Shown one piece after another: positions 1 to 10,605 of a stretch of 64,000 nt of DNA. Numbering within the stretch: the stretch's first letter is position 1; each line of letters starts with the position of its first letter. A model generated the notes under the pieces. That model was given only the letters and a program-made list of their open reading frames with translations. It searched no databases and was not told the origin of the DNA. The translations under genes were made by a program, and so were the position numbers. The stretch comes from Promethearchaeati archaeon (lineage in GTDB: Archaea; Asgardarchaeota; Heimdallarchaeia; Heimdallarchaeales; Heimdallarchaeaceae), in assembly GCA_013166775.1 (NCBI GenBank), contig JABLTJ010000005.1, forward strand, positions 67,993 through 131,992, in the 5' to 3' direction.

Positions 1-940
1 TAAACATTCTATCAAGGGATACTTTGGTTCGTATATATCTTGGAATCATATCACCAAGATCCCACACAAACTCTCCTAAAGCTCCAAGTACTCCAACAAA
101 GAACGATAGATCACCAACGGAAAATAAATTGTTGCTCAAGTTGCTTCCAACTAAAAGAAGAATGATTCCTATGCATAAATAGATAGTAACATAATATATT
201 GCATGAATTAATCGATGAAAGAATTCATCCTTAACTTCAGCTATACGCCTTTTTTCATTTATCCCTCTGAAGTAGTTTAATACATTATCCTCTGCTGTTG
301 CTACTTTGATTGCCTGAACTGATCTGAAAATTTCTCCTATTGTTCTGGTCACTGCACCTGCTGCTTTTCTACGTTGTTTCCTCAATCTTGTAAAGATAGG
401 TCTTGTGAAATACACCAATACCATCATTAAAGTGAAGGGTATACTCACATAAACAGTAATTCTCCAATCAATACCTTGCATGACATAGAAAGACAATCCA
501 GTGAATACTCCAAGACTACATACTGCGGTGATATGATAAACAAACCACATTACTTCATCGATATCTCCTCTAAATCTTGAAACTGCTTCTCCAGGGGAAT
601 CTGGCAATGCTGCAGCTCCAGGTTTCTTGAAAATTCCTCTTAACATATTTCTTCTAAGTAAAACACTACCAGATAGAAAGAATACCCACATTGTGAAAAC
701 GAATACAAAGTCTCCTACTAGTCTCAATACCATAGTTAAGGGGAGAATTAATAGCACTAATATCCAAATGTTGATACCTATCCCCCAACCTGTTGCTCCT
801 TCAATCTGGTTGAAAATCTCCCTAGCAACAAAACTAGCAGCAAGAGGCTGTAAGAAGAATAAGACATCTGAAAGGAATCCACCAAATACTAATCCTGGTT
901 TGTAGCGTAATAACTGCCAAGCTAATCCTAGAACCTTCAT
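1..940 (-). CDS. ABC exporter, fused TM/ATPase subunit (partial; runs off the window start), partner of a heterodimeric pair
   Basis: Hand translation from ATG at 940 (ATGA overlap with the stop of 937..2754): MKVLGLAWQLLRYK...PGEAVSRFRGDIDEV..., typical ABC_membrane domain; open to position 1. Confidence 0.85.
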   Translation of the reverse strand, partial: MKVLGLAWQLLRYKPGLVFGGFLSDVLFFLQPLAASFVAREIFNQIEGATGWGIGINIWILVLLILPLTMVLRLVGDFVFVFTMWVFFLSGSVLLRRNMLRGIFKKPGAAALPDSPGEAVSRFRGDIDEVMWFVYHITAVCSLGVFTGLSFYVMQGIDWRITVYVSIPFTLMMVLVYFTRPIFTRLRKQRRKAAGAVTRTIGEIFRSVQAIKVATAEDNVLNYFRGINEKRRIAEVKDEFFHRLIHAIYYVTIYLCIGIILLLVGSNLSNNLFSVGDLSFFVGVLGALGEFVWDLGDMIPRYIRTKVSLDRMF

Positions 941-2754
941 TTTAACAACTCCTCTATTTCTCCCGTCTGAAGCAGATGATAAAACTTCGAATCAGTATCT
1001 TTTTCCAAATCTTCTCTTTTACCGTATTCTAGTATATTTCCTTTATCAATAATTAGAATTTCATCTACCTTCTGAAGAGTAGATAATCTATGTGCAATAA
1101 TTATGCCAGTTCTATTAATGAGTAATTTCTCAATTGCTCTCTCAAGTAAATTTTCTGTAACTGGATCTAATCTTGATGATGCTTCATCTAAAACAACTAA
1201 ATTAGGGCTTTTTATGAATACACGGGCAAGGGCTAGAAGCTGAGCTTCTCCTGCAGAAATTCCATGCTCGCTTGAAGAAATGATAGTATTCAATCCCTTA
1301 GGTAATTTATCAAACCAATCCCCTAGTCCTATATCTAATAGAATGGATTCAATTCTTTGATCTGGTATTCTTTCATCAAATAAAGAGATATTCTCTCTAA
1401 CAGAAGCTTGGAATAATTCAACACTTTGAGTAACATAAGAAATTTTGTCTCTTAAATCATTTAAAGCGATATCATTAACAGCAATATCATTTAGCTTGAT
1501 GCTTCCATTGTCTGGTTTGATATCATATAAGCGAAATAATAGTCTAGAAATGGTTGTTTTTCCACTTCCTGTATGCCCTACAATTCCTAAGGTTTTTCCA
1601 GGTTCTATTTTGAAAGATATGTTGTTTAGAACATATTCGTCTTCTAGATAAGAAAAACTTAAATCATCAAACTCTATTGCAATGGGTCCTGGAATGATTT
1701 CTTCTGTTCCATTATCTTCAATCTTTGTTTCAGTCTGGAACAATTTATTTATTCTATCAATGGATGCCCCAGCTTTCTGAAGATTTTGCATTTGTCTTGT
1801 AATAACAAAAATAGGCCTTAGAAGTATTCCTGCATAAACTTGGACTAAAAAGATTGTTCCCAAAGTTATAATCCCTTTATTAAAGAGTGGAATACTTGGT
1901 GCAAATACTAGCGTATTTATCAGTGCTATAATTCCCCAAATTGTGATAACAAACAGCTGATCTCTCACTAAAGCTCTGTGAAAAGATTTATAGTTTATTT
2001 TTGAGTAATGAAAGAATTTACGCATTGCATTACTTACTCCTCCATTTGCTCTAATGTCTTCAATAGCACTCAAACTTTCTTCAATTGTTCCAAACATATC
2101 AGCGCTAGCTTCTCTTTGTTTCTCCCAGGATTTAACAGAAAAGTTTCTCATTTTATACATCACAATTATTGCTAATAGCGTGAAAGCTGAAAATGATAAC
2201 CCTAAAGTCCAATGTTTAACAAAGAATGTTACCAAAACTCCAATAATGAGAAGTAACGAAGTAACCAATTGTATTGAAAATTGTGACAAAAATTGTGCTA
2301 AAGTGTTTATATCTCCATCAATTTTCTCTATCATCTCACCTGGTTTATGTTCATTATGAAATGTCATATCCAGTTTTACACAGTGTTCTGTTAAATCGGA
2401 CCTTAACATATTTGTTGAAGACCATGAGAGATTTTGACCTACATAAACAGAAAAAAGTGAAACTGCTTGTTGGATAAACATTAGAAAAATATATGCTGAA
2501 GCAAGAAAAATCAACACAGGAAAAATAGTATCGTTATCAGTAAACAACCTTAAAATGGCTCTGAAAAAACCACTTAAATCCTCTAAAGACGAATCTTGGA
2601 TTGCTAGATTTATGTAGTTTTCAATTATTAGAGGAGTAACAACTAAAAGAACAGTTCCACTAGCTAATAGAAAAGCTAACAAGATAACTCTCTTTTTGAA
2701 GGGAGCTAAGTACTTCTTTTGTACATCCCAGTATTTTTGAAGCGGAACTTTCAT
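937..2754 (-). CDS. ABC exporter, fused permease/ATP-binding protein
   Basis: N-terminal TM domain, Walker A GHTGSGKT, signature ISAGEAQ, Walker B LVVLDEA, IAHRL. Confidence 0.95.
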   Translation of the reverse strand: MKVPLQKYWDVQKKYLAPFKKRVILLAFLLASGTVLLVVTPLIIENYINLAIQDSSLEDLSGFFRAILRLFTDNDTIFPVLIFLASAYIFLMFIQQAVSLFSVYVGQNLSWSSTNMLRSDLTEHCVKLDMTFHNEHKPGEMIEKIDGDINTLAQFLSQFSIQLVTSLLLIIGVLVTFFVKHWTLGLSFSAFTLLAIIVMYKMRNFSVKSWEKQREASADMFGTIEESLSAIEDIRANGGVSNAMRKFFHYSKINYKSFHRALVRDQLFVITIWGIIALINTLVFAPSIPLFNKGIITLGTIFLVQVYAGILLRPIFVITRQMQNLQKAGASIDRINKLFQTETKIEDNGTEEIIPGPIAIEFDDLSFSYLEDEYVLNNISFKIEPGKTLGIVGHTGSGKTTISRLLFRLYDIKPDNGSIKLNDIAVNDIALNDLRDKISYVTQSVELFQASVRENISLFDERIPDQRIESILLDIGLGDWFDKLPKGLNTIISSSEHGISAGEAQLLALARVFIKSPNLVVLDEASSRLDPVTENLLERAIEKLLINRTGIIIAHRLSTLQKVDEILIIDKGNILEYGKREDLEKDTDSKFYHLLQTGEIEELLK

Positions 2755-2840
2755 GGTCTTGGCTATCCGACCATTATGAATTTATAAATTTAATTAAGAG
2801 CGTTTGAAAATAGAAAAAGAACTCCTGCTAATGCAAGAGT

Positions 2841-3341
2841 TTATTCTTCTGGTAAACGTGGTCTTATAGTTAGATAGAGAAAACTACCAAACAAAGGAAT
2901 ACAGAATAGAATAAAGAGCTTCAGATTTTTCCATCCTCTTCTTTACTCCTCTTAATGCAAAGTATGGCATCATTGCATACATTCCAAGTCCAAATGATGC
3001 TAATACAAAAGGCCAAGAAGGAACGAATCTTTCTCTATTTTCAATAACTAGTATTACTGCGTAAAGCAAAGCCCAAACCCCTACTAACATGAAGATACTC
3101 CATTCTAGAGGATTGGTTTTTCCATATGCTATGTCAAAATCCCCAAAACCAAGATTTCCCTCTTTAGATGGTGACCAAATAAACATGTATAGTAGAGAAC
3201 CAATCCACACTAGTAGAAATAATAAATTTGGACTTAGAAATTCTCTCCATGGAACGCTAAAATCTTTGATAGATGATAGTAGGTTTCTTTGTTTTTGTTC
3301 AGTTGTTTTTGTTCAGTTGTTTTTGATTCTGAATTTTCCAT
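2841..3341 (-). pseudogene. Disrupted DUF2834-like membrane protein
   Basis: ATG at 3341 is out of frame with the core ORF (2884..3210) across a 14-bp tandem repeat; a family-like C-terminus RGWKNLKLFILFCIPLFGSFLYLTIRPRLPEE* lies in another frame ending at 2841. Confidence 0.6.
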
Positions 3342-3369
3342 TTTAATTTCTACTTATGAGATTTAATTG

Positions 3370-4056
3370 TCATGTGTTGAATGCTCTGTCTCCCGCATCA
3401 CCCAATCCTGGTACAATATACCCATTTTCATTCAGGATTGGATCGATAGCTCCTGAAAGAATTAGAACCTCAGGATAATGTTCTAATATTTTTTCAATAC
3501 CAAATTTCGCCGCAATCGCACATAGAATAATAATCTTCTTTGGTTTTTGATTTACTAACTGCTTAAGTAAAAAGAGCATAGTAGATCCACTTGCTAACAT
3601 AGGATCAACAATTATGGCTACTTTGTCCTCCAAAAAAGGTATGCTTGTATATGTACAATCAATTCTGAAATCTGTTCCATCAGTTTCCAACATTTTTCCT
3701 CTGGAGGCTGAGACTACTCCTACTGCTGCTTCAGGAAGTATTTCCAATACTCCGTCTGACATGGGTAAAGCTGCTCTTAAGATGGATATAATAACAATAT
3801 CGTCTTTGTGTTCATCAAAATTTGCTGTTCCTAGAGGAGTTTCAACCGATGAAGTTTTTGTGTCTAGATATTTAGATGCTTCATAAGCTAGAAAATTACC
3901 TATACGTTTGAGAGTTATTCTAAATGAAGCAGGAGGTGTTTGCTTGTCTCTCAATTTTCCAACTGTTTCAGAAATCAAAAAACTTGTTTCACTTGCATTT
4001 ATCCACATTCTTGTAATCTTTCTACTAACTTGGTTAAATATGTTATTCATGACCAA
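3370..4056 (-). CDS. upp: Uracil phosphoribosyltransferase
   Basis: ILRAALPM, IVDPMLASGST, GYIVPGLGDAGDR motifs; true start may be ATG 4008. Confidence 0.95.
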   Translation of the reverse strand: MVMNNIFNQVSRKITRMWINASETSFLISETVGKLRDKQTPPASFRITLKRIGNFLAYEASKYLDTKTSSVETPLGTANFDEHKDDIVIISILRAALPMSDGVLEILPEAAVGVVSASRGKMLETDGTDFRIDCTYTSIPFLEDKVAIIVDPMLASGSTMLFLLKQLVNQKPKKIIILCAIAAKFGIEKILEHYPEVLILSGAIDPILNENGYIVPGLGDAGDRAFNT

Positions 4057-4155
4057 TTTTTTTTGAGTGTTTAACTAGGTATATAAATATGTAAAGTTTG
4101 TATTTAGTAATACGTATAACGTCACTAAATTTAGTAAAAAATAAGAGGAATTAAT

Positions 4156-5229
4156 ATGAGTAAAGATTTTGATATGAATAAAATCGAAATAGTAGAATTT
4201 AACCCAATTAAAAGTTCAAGAGAAGAATGGAAACTGTATCACGATTATAGAAGAATCAGGCATGAAGAGACAAGTCCAGACGATCCTTTAACACCAGATG
4301 AAATAACGGAAAAAGGTTTACAAATGCAGATGGATCATCCTGAAATGGTGCCATATATATACGCCATCAAAGATACTTCAAATAACAAAAGAATTGGAAC
4401 TGTTTCGTTTATGATTATAAGGGAAACTTCTGCTTCCTATGAAGGAAATAAACATCTAATACAGTATAATATGGCTTTGTTACCAGAATATCGTCGTAAT
4501 AAAATTGGTACTAAGGCATTGAAAACGATATATGACTTCGCTGTAAAAAATGAAAAATCCGTTGTTATCACAGGTTCGGAGGAAAGTGATGGAAAGGCTT
4601 TTCTGAACGCGATTGGAGCTCAAATTGTTTTATCTGGAGTAGAGAATAGATTGAACTTTGCAGATATAGATTGGAAGATGATTGAGGAATGGGAAACTGA
4701 GGGACCAAATAGATCCCCTAAAACAAAATTGGAATCCTTTTATTCCATTCCCAGTGAAATTATCGAACCATATAGCAAAATATATTCAGAAACATTAAAC
4801 CAACAACCTCTTGGGGATTTAGATGTGAGTGATATAATTTATACTCCAGAAAGTTTGCGAGAAATGGAAAGAAGACAGTCAGAACTAGGAAGGAAACACC
4901 TAACATTTATTACAGTAGAACCTGATGACGAAATTTCAGGTTTAACTGAGATGCTTTACATACCAGAACGGAAAAACATGATTACACAATTACTTACAGG
5001 AGTAAAACAAGAATATAGGGGACGTGGTCTTGGGAAATGGTTGAAAGCGACGATGTTACTTAGAATTAAAGAAGAATTTCCTGATGTTAATATTATTACA
5101 ACGGATAACGCTACAACTAATGCTCCAATGCTTTCAATAAATGATCGTTTAGGATTTAAGGTTTATAAAGAAGGTATAACTGGTCAGATGAAAACTGAAG
5201 ATTTAGGAAAATATCTAGAAGGAAAATAA
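4156..5229 (+). CDS. Tandem-domain GNAT N-acetyltransferase
   Basis: Two acetyl-CoA motifs (PEYRRNKIG, QEYRGRGLGKWLK) and NAPMLSINDRLGF. Confidence 0.85.
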   Translation: MSKDFDMNKIEIVEFNPIKSSREEWKLYHDYRRIRHEETSPDDPLTPDEITEKGLQMQMDHPEMVPYIYAIKDTSNNKRIGTVSFMIIRETSASYEGNKHLIQYNMALLPEYRRNKIGTKALKTIYDFAVKNEKSVVITGSEESDGKAFLNAIGAQIVLSGVENRLNFADIDWKMIEEWETEGPNRSPKTKLESFYSIPSEIIEPYSKIYSETLNQQPLGDLDVSDIIYTPESLREMERRQSELGRKHLTFITVEPDDEISGLTEMLYIPERKNMITQLLTGVKQEYRGRGLGKWLKATMLLRIKEEFPDVNIITTDNATTNAPMLSINDRLGFKVYKEGITGQMKTEDLGKYLEGK

Positions 5230-5231
5230 TT

Positions 5232-5855
5232 CTAATTTTCTTCCTTCTTTTTAAAAACTAATTTCCAAGATTTCCACTTAGGGAAAAATGCTCCTGTTAT
5301 TTTTTGGTACTGTTTGTAGGAATCACCAAATCTTTCTACCAAATCCTTTTCTTCAAAATACTGTATAATGGGTACATAAATGATGATAAAAACAGACAGT
5401 AAGATGAAAAGAAACCAAGAATTAAGTGCAAGACCTAGCGCTGGAAACATTGGCATTTCTCCAGTTGTCTGTGGATGTCTAATGTAATTGTATATCCCAC
5501 CATACATTTCAGTATCCTGAGAAGGAGTTAATGTTTCTTTTCCAGCGTCCTTAACTCCTTTATATACTACAATAGCTCCTGGGATTATGATAAGTGAACC
5601 TAGAATGAGACCAATCCACCACCTATGAAATATTTCCCAGTCTAATTGAGAAATTGGATACCAAATCCATAATAATGAAGTTAGAAGTGTTAGGGTCTCA
5701 AAGATAGAAGCTATTATGCGAAGATTTTTACATGCTTTCCAAGCTTTTTCTCCTATTTTTTTGCTCAAGGTTGCAGGCATGGTACTAAAAGCATACAGTA
5801 CTGAAAAGAGAATACAAGATATAATTAGAAGAGAGAAATTAATCCATTCAAACAT
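5232..5855 (-). CDS. Isoprenylcysteine carboxyl methyltransferase/PEMT family membrane protein
   Basis: TM helices, GIYNYIRHPQ and EEKDLVERFGDSY motifs. Confidence 0.85.
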   Translation of the reverse strand: MFEWINFSLLIISCILFSVLYAFSTMPATLSKKIGEKAWKACKNLRIIASIFETLTLLTSLLWIWYPISQLDWEIFHRWWIGLILGSLIIIPGAIVVYKGVKDAGKETLTPSQDTEMYGGIYNYIRHPQTTGEMPMFPALGLALNSWFLFILLSVFIIIYVPIIQYFEEKDLVERFGDSYKQYQKITGAFFPKWKSWKLVFKKKEEN

Positions 5856-5917
5856 AAAATCAATTTAAAGAATCCATCTTAACTAATTAATTTATCTGGA
5901 GCATATACTCGATTAAT

Positions 5918-6922
5918 TTAACTGACTAATGTTACTTTACCAAATTTAAGAGACCAATCATTATCATCATACATATCTAAATTATAGGTCTTCACTAGAC
6001 CATCACCAATGAAATATATTTCCATCCCAAGTTCTTCGGCAAATTTAACTTCTATGAAAACACCCTTTCCAACATAATTTGAACCATCTTGCTCTATAGC
6101 AGAAAAAACAACAATATCACTGTTACTCAAAAGATCAAGGCATCTTTTCATTATTTCCTTCCCAGTTGAATCTTTCCATTTTTTCTCATAAACTGCAGGA
6201 TTGATTATCTTAGCTTTTGGAAGAGTTTTCTTTATTAGTTTGAGTTCTCTTTTTTCTTGTTTTGTCCTATAAATGTTCATAGAATGAGCATAATAAACTC
6301 GTGGAAAAATACGATATTGACTCCTTCTATACAATTCTAAAAGAATACATGCAGCATAGAAGGCGTCATAGTTCGCTCTGTGTTCGCCATGATGTACTAA
6401 TTCGTTTTCAAGAATTTTATTATTTTTTATACATTCTGTATTCTCGTTAAGAAGGTATTTTTTGGCTGCTGTTAATCTTATTATTTTCCTTTTCTTGTAT
6501 TTTGATGGTACTTTGACATGTTCAGATGCAGTCAACATGATACAAGGAGCAAATTTACTTTTGTTTTTTTCAGGATTAATATTCCATGGTTCATGTTTCA
6601 GAAATTTATCAAAATCAAATGCGTTATTATAGGCTGATACAAATTTGTTTGATAACATTTTACGAACTTCTCCAGCTACTGTAGCTAAATCCTTCTTAGC
6701 TTGTTTTATTTCGTCAATGCTTACGATTCCCTTTTCGAAAATCCATGAATTAAGTACACTGTCATCCCAAGAAGAAACATCATAATGAATAACTGATTGG
6801 TAAACCTGTTCAATTTTCTGTTTTAGCAAATTTACTCGCATTATAGATATCTCGACAATGTGATCTTTAGGATAACCATTCAACCCTGTCGTCTCAATAT
6901 CTACTACGTAAATATCCATCAA
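5918..6922 (-). CDS. DEDDh 3'-5' exonuclease fused to a C-terminal nucleoside 2-deoxyribosyltransferase-like domain
   Basis: ExoI VVDIETTG, ExoII AYNNAFD, ExoIII HRANYDA; C-terminal VYYAHS...IINP...SDIVVF...GVFIEVKFA. Confidence 0.75.
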   Translation of the reverse strand: MMDIYVVDIETTGLNGYPKDHIVEISIMRVNLLKQKIEQVYQSVIHYDVSSWDDSVLNSWIFEKGIVSIDEIKQAKKDLATVAGEVRKMLSNKFVSAYNNAFDFDKFLKHEPWNINPEKNKSKFAPCIMLTASEHVKVPSKYKKRKIIRLTAAKKYLLNENTECIKNNKILENELVHHGEHRANYDAFYAACILLELYRRSQYRIFPRVYYAHSMNIYRTKQEKRELKLIKKTLPKAKIINPAVYEKKWKDSTGKEIMKRCLDLLSNSDIVVFSAIEQDGSNYVGKGVFIEVKFAEELGMEIYFIGDGLVKTYNLDMYDDNDWSLKFGKVTLVS

Positions 6923-6997
6923 AATACATACTTCGTTATTTCTTTAAGTTTTTACCTCACCCTCAGGTAGAAGTAGAAAACTGATTTGTAAGAATTA

Positions 6998-7552
6998 TTA
7001 TATTGTACTTCTATAATCATCAAATTTCTTCTGACCAGCAGGTATAGGTACATGTAGAATATTTTCGTCAGGTACCTTTGTGCAATTCCACCTATCATTG
7101 TAAGCGCAAAGTGGATTATATGCAAGATTAAAGTCAACTACAACTTCATTATCAGATAATTTCTCAACTTCAACATATCTACCCTCTTTATAGGTCTCAT
7201 TTCCAGTTGTCTTATCTTTGAATGGTAGGAAGAGATAATTGTGTTGAGGTATTTTAAAAATTATTAATCTATTTTGTTGCCCATCTAATTCGAATTCAAT
7301 GAAAGCAAAACGGATGTGTTTTCTTTCATCACCTTTAGAACTTAAAATAGCAATCTCATCTTGTTCATCAAACTCTTTCATCTCAACTGTGATTTTGTAT
7401 TTTTCATCTATTGGAAAGTTGGATAATCCCTTGAAATCTAATTTTTGTTCAGATGTAAGTGGAGAATTAGGTGATTTGCGAAAGGATTTGTTGTATCTCT
7501 CTCTAATCCTCTCAATTTTTTCTATATAAGATACCTCTACCATGGGAATCAA
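6998..7552 (-). CDS. DUF1684 family protein
   Basis: FLPFKDKTTGNETY-GRY and DFNLAYNPLCAYN-W-C motifs. Confidence 0.85.
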   Translation of the reverse strand: MIPMVEVSYIEKIERIRERYNKSFRKSPNSPLTSEQKLDFKGLSNFPIDEKYKITVEMKEFDEQDEIAILSSKGDERKHIRFAFIEFELDGQQNRLIIFKIPQHNYLFLPFKDKTTGNETYKEGRYVEVEKLSDNEVVVDFNLAYNPLCAYNDRWNCTKVPDENILHVPIPAGQKKFDDYRSTI

Positions 7553-7595
7553 AGATTTTCATACTGTATTTAAGGAAATAGATATAATAAAAAAT

Positions 7596-7886
7596 CTAAT
7601 TTTCTTTATCTGGTTGATATTTCTTGTTTAAGATTTCAAATATCTCATTAGCTATTTTTTGAGAACCACCCGAATCATCCCAAACGCCTGTAGGGGTAAA
7701 AATATACCACAGTTTGGAAAATTCTTCTATTTCTCCACTTCTTATTTTGTTAACTATATTTTGAATGAACAAACCAACATCCTCACAAGTATCAAAATAG
7801 GAAAAAGTGGATTCCTCGCCATATGACAACATTTCAGTTGTTGCTTTTTCTAAGAGAGATAAAAGATGTTGAATTTCGTCATTCAC
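7596..7886 (-). CDS. Hypothetical protein
   Basis: 96-aa ORF co-oriented with its neighbours; F-PTGVWDD motif. Confidence 0.6.
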   Translation of the reverse strand: MNDEIQHLLSLLEKATTEMLSYGEESTFSYFDTCEDVGLFIQNIVNKIRSGEIEEFSKLWYIFTPTGVWDDSGGSQKIANEIFEILNKKYQPDKEN

Positions 7887-8056
7887 ATCCTTTACTGCAG
7901 GAAGGAGTTATTTAACTACTTCTCTAACTTGGGACCTTGCATTAAGGTTAGCTTCTTGATTGGGCATTCTTCTTGGAAGAGCATAAAAATTGTGAAAAAT
8001 CGTTGTCAGAAAATTCATTTAAAAAAATGCAGATAAATTATCTTAATTCTTCTTGC

Positions 8057-9103
8057 TTAGATTTTAACCCATTTTCTTGCATTTTTTCGTAGTTCTTCTT
8101 CGATTTTCTTCATATTTGGCAAGAAAGGAAGAACATCTTCCTCCAGTCCCTCAAAATCGCTTTTCATCTGTTCTTTGGATATTTCTTCAAAGAGCATTCG
8201 GTAAATCCAATCAGTTAAATCTTCTAAAACCCTTTTGTAAAATAAGAAGACAACAAAATCTTCATTGATTTTATCTATTTCTCTAATTTGCTTGTAGCTG
8301 CGAATGAGCTCTTCAAGATTTTTTTCATTTAAGAAGAACCAAATATCCTGCTCAAAAGGAGCCAAGGTAGCTCCATCCCAGTCAACTAAATGGATTGTGC
8401 CCTCTATATTGATCAAAGTATTATGCCTAATAGGATCAGTATGGCAAATGACCAATTCGAGTTTATTTTTTTCTTTTATTTTCTCTGTAAGTTCTTCTAG
8501 ATAAATTAAGGATTGTAAGATATTATCCATCTGTGGTTTAAGCATTTTTTGAAGTTTATTGTAATTCTTATCTTCTGAAGTCACACATTCTGTTGCCTCT
8601 TTGAGACTTGCAAGTAAATCCTTTCTGAAAGATATATCCAAATCTAAACTCTTTCCTCCCTCTAGATTTAAAGTATTGGTAGCTTGATGTATTCGGGCAA
8701 GCAGTTCTCCAAGTTTCATCATAAATTCGTTTGTTTTGCTTTGCTTCTCTGATACCATGTCTCCTTCAACATAAGACAAGATGACTATTTCTAGATTATC
8801 GAATTCTGTCTTAAGTAAACCATTTTCTGTTTTTATTGGATAAATTACTTGGTTGATTTTCATTTCTTGATTCAACTGATGTGCAATGCTCAGAGAGAAA
8901 TCTAGGGCATGTAATTTGTTTTCAGTTAGCCGATTAAGTTCATATATTTTAAGAAAATACTGATCTTTATTGGATGCTTTTAGTAAATACGAATAAGCAA
9001 TTTCCCCTATTGGAACAAAAGTGAGTTTCTCAACATCAATTCCATATTTCTCTTTAATGTGGTTCTTGATATTTTTTTTATTTACATTGGGTTCATTCTT
9101 CAT
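8057..9103 (-). CDS. Aminoglycoside phosphotransferase / kinase-like (APH) protein
   Basis: YFLKIY, LARIH, CHTD..N and LVDWD motifs. Confidence 0.85.
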   Translation of the reverse strand: MKNEPNVNKKNIKNHIKEKYGIDVEKLTFVPIGEIAYSYLLKASNKDQYFLKIYELNRLTENKLHALDFSLSIAHQLNQEMKINQVIYPIKTENGLLKTEFDNLEIVILSYVEGDMVSEKQSKTNEFMMKLGELLARIHQATNTLNLEGGKSLDLDISFRKDLLASLKEATECVTSEDKNYNKLQKMLKPQMDNILQSLIYLEELTEKIKEKNKLELVICHTDPIRHNTLINIEGTIHLVDWDGATLAPFEQDIWFFLNEKNLEELIRSYKQIREIDKINEDFVVFLFYKRVLEDLTDWIYRMLFEEISKEQMKSDFEGLEEDVLPFLPNMKKIEEELRKNARKWVKI

Positions 9104-9115
9104 GAATAATACACG

Positions 9116-10435
9116 TCATTTAAGTTCTGAATTTCTGAAATGAGTGATTTTATGGTTATTATTCTTGTTATTTCTAATTCCCACTAAGTAATAGATTAGA
9201 TAGACTACTATAACTGCAGAGGCGATTATGATTGCTGTCGATAAGAAAACCCAGTTTATCCCGTAGCCGTTCCATATGGGGGTTAAGCTGAAGGTTGTAA
9301 TTGATCTGGAAAAAGAAACATAAAATCCTAGAGCTCCTAGAGCCATTCCTCTTTGTGCAGTCTTAGATTCTACTGTTGTTCCAGTATTAACACCAATATA
9401 ACTTGTAAGACTGCTACCACTGTAGATTATGTACACAACAACTAACCATGCAAAAGAATCTACGAATGTCATTAAAACAAGCATAATAGCGGAAATTAGT
9501 ATTGTAAAAAGCATGGGCATTCTATAACCAATTTTATCAATAATTTTACCAAGAAATGGTTTGAAAAAGATCAAAACACCTGCACTTATCCAAAAAACTT
9601 GAGCTACAACGTCATCAGAAAATCCCTTTGACACAACAAGAAAAGGAAAAAATGCTGTAACCATATATTCCAAAAAAGCGATAAGCAACTGTACAAGATA
9701 AATGAAGCTCAACTTCTTTTGTTTGGTCACATTTACTAAATTCTTAAACATTGTAACGAATGATTCAAGCAATGCCTTTATCTTCGATTCAACTTGCATT
9801 CTATCCTCTTTTTTAAGTACTTCAGGCATGAAAAATGCCATCCCAATAACGCCCATGAGAGAAATCCCAGCACCCCATGCAAATAAAACTCTAAGTTCTA
9901 CCTGAAAATGTTTCAATAATAACACTGCAAGTAAAGAGCCCAATATTACACCCAAATCAGTTCCTTGAAAAACACGACCTTGGAGTTGGCCAATATTATT
10001 CTCTTCGATATCTCCTATATAGGCAAATAAAATTGGCCAGAAACAGGACATGCCTATAGCAAGAAAAGTTATAGCTACTATTACAATGCTCCAATGTGTT
10101 GACAGAGCCATAACAAACAAACTCAAGGTGTAGAACCCAATACCTGCAATTAAAAGAGGTTTTCTTCCAACCATTTGTGAGAAGTGGCCAAGAGGAACAC
10201 GTAAGAAAATCTGATAAATATTTCTGAGAGCTAAGATAACACCAATCAACCAAACCATAGTTTGGATATCCTCCAGATGAAGACCAACGTACGACATGAA
10301 GATGATCATGGGAAAGCTACCAACCGTACCTATCAAGATAATAGAAAGACGACGACGATCATTTAAGTAAAGCCTATTCGCAAGAAAGCTCTTTGATCTT
10401 GCAATAAAATTATCCTCTTTCTTCAGTGTTTTCAA
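9116..10435 (-). CDS. MFS transporter
   Basis: About 12 hydrophobic segments; G..S..VGRK and GKIIDKIG loop motifs. Confidence 0.9.
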   Translation of the reverse strand: MKTLKKEDNFIARSKSFLANRLYLNDRRRLSIILIGTVGSFPMIIFMSYVGLHLEDIQTMVWLIGVILALRNIYQIFLRVPLGHFSQMVGRKPLLIAGIGFYTLSLFVMALSTHWSIVIVAITFLAIGMSCFWPILFAYIGDIEENNIGQLQGRVFQGTDLGVILGSLLAVLLLKHFQVELRVLFAWGAGISLMGVIGMAFFMPEVLKKEDRMQVESKIKALLESFVTMFKNLVNVTKQKKLSFIYLVQLLIAFLEYMVTAFFPFLVVSKGFSDDVVAQVFWISAGVLIFFKPFLGKIIDKIGYRMPMLFTILISAIMLVLMTFVDSFAWLVVVYIIYSGSSLTSYIGVNTGTTVESKTAQRGMALGALGFYVSFSRSITTFSLTPIWNGYGINWVFLSTAIIIASAVIVVYLIYYLVGIRNNKNNNHKITHFRNSELK

Positions 10436-10605
10436 GTCCTTTTTGTTTTAAGCAAATATTGGAAATATAAATTTGCTGAAACTGCTATAATATCAGTCCC
10501 CATCCGTTCTCTCTTTTCTAATCGATTTTTATTTCTTCTTCTACTGCTTTTCCTTTTCCACAATTTTATTATATTTCCTTCATAAGTGTAATCTAGAGGT
10601 ATCAT

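Noticed and set aside
627-2477. Short plus-strand ORFs inside the ABC transporter genes, and similar nested ORFs elsewhere
   Set aside because: Antisense shadows of well-supported genes
7916-7984. 22-codon minus-strand ORF MLFQEECPIKK...
   Set aside because: Too short and no recognisable motif
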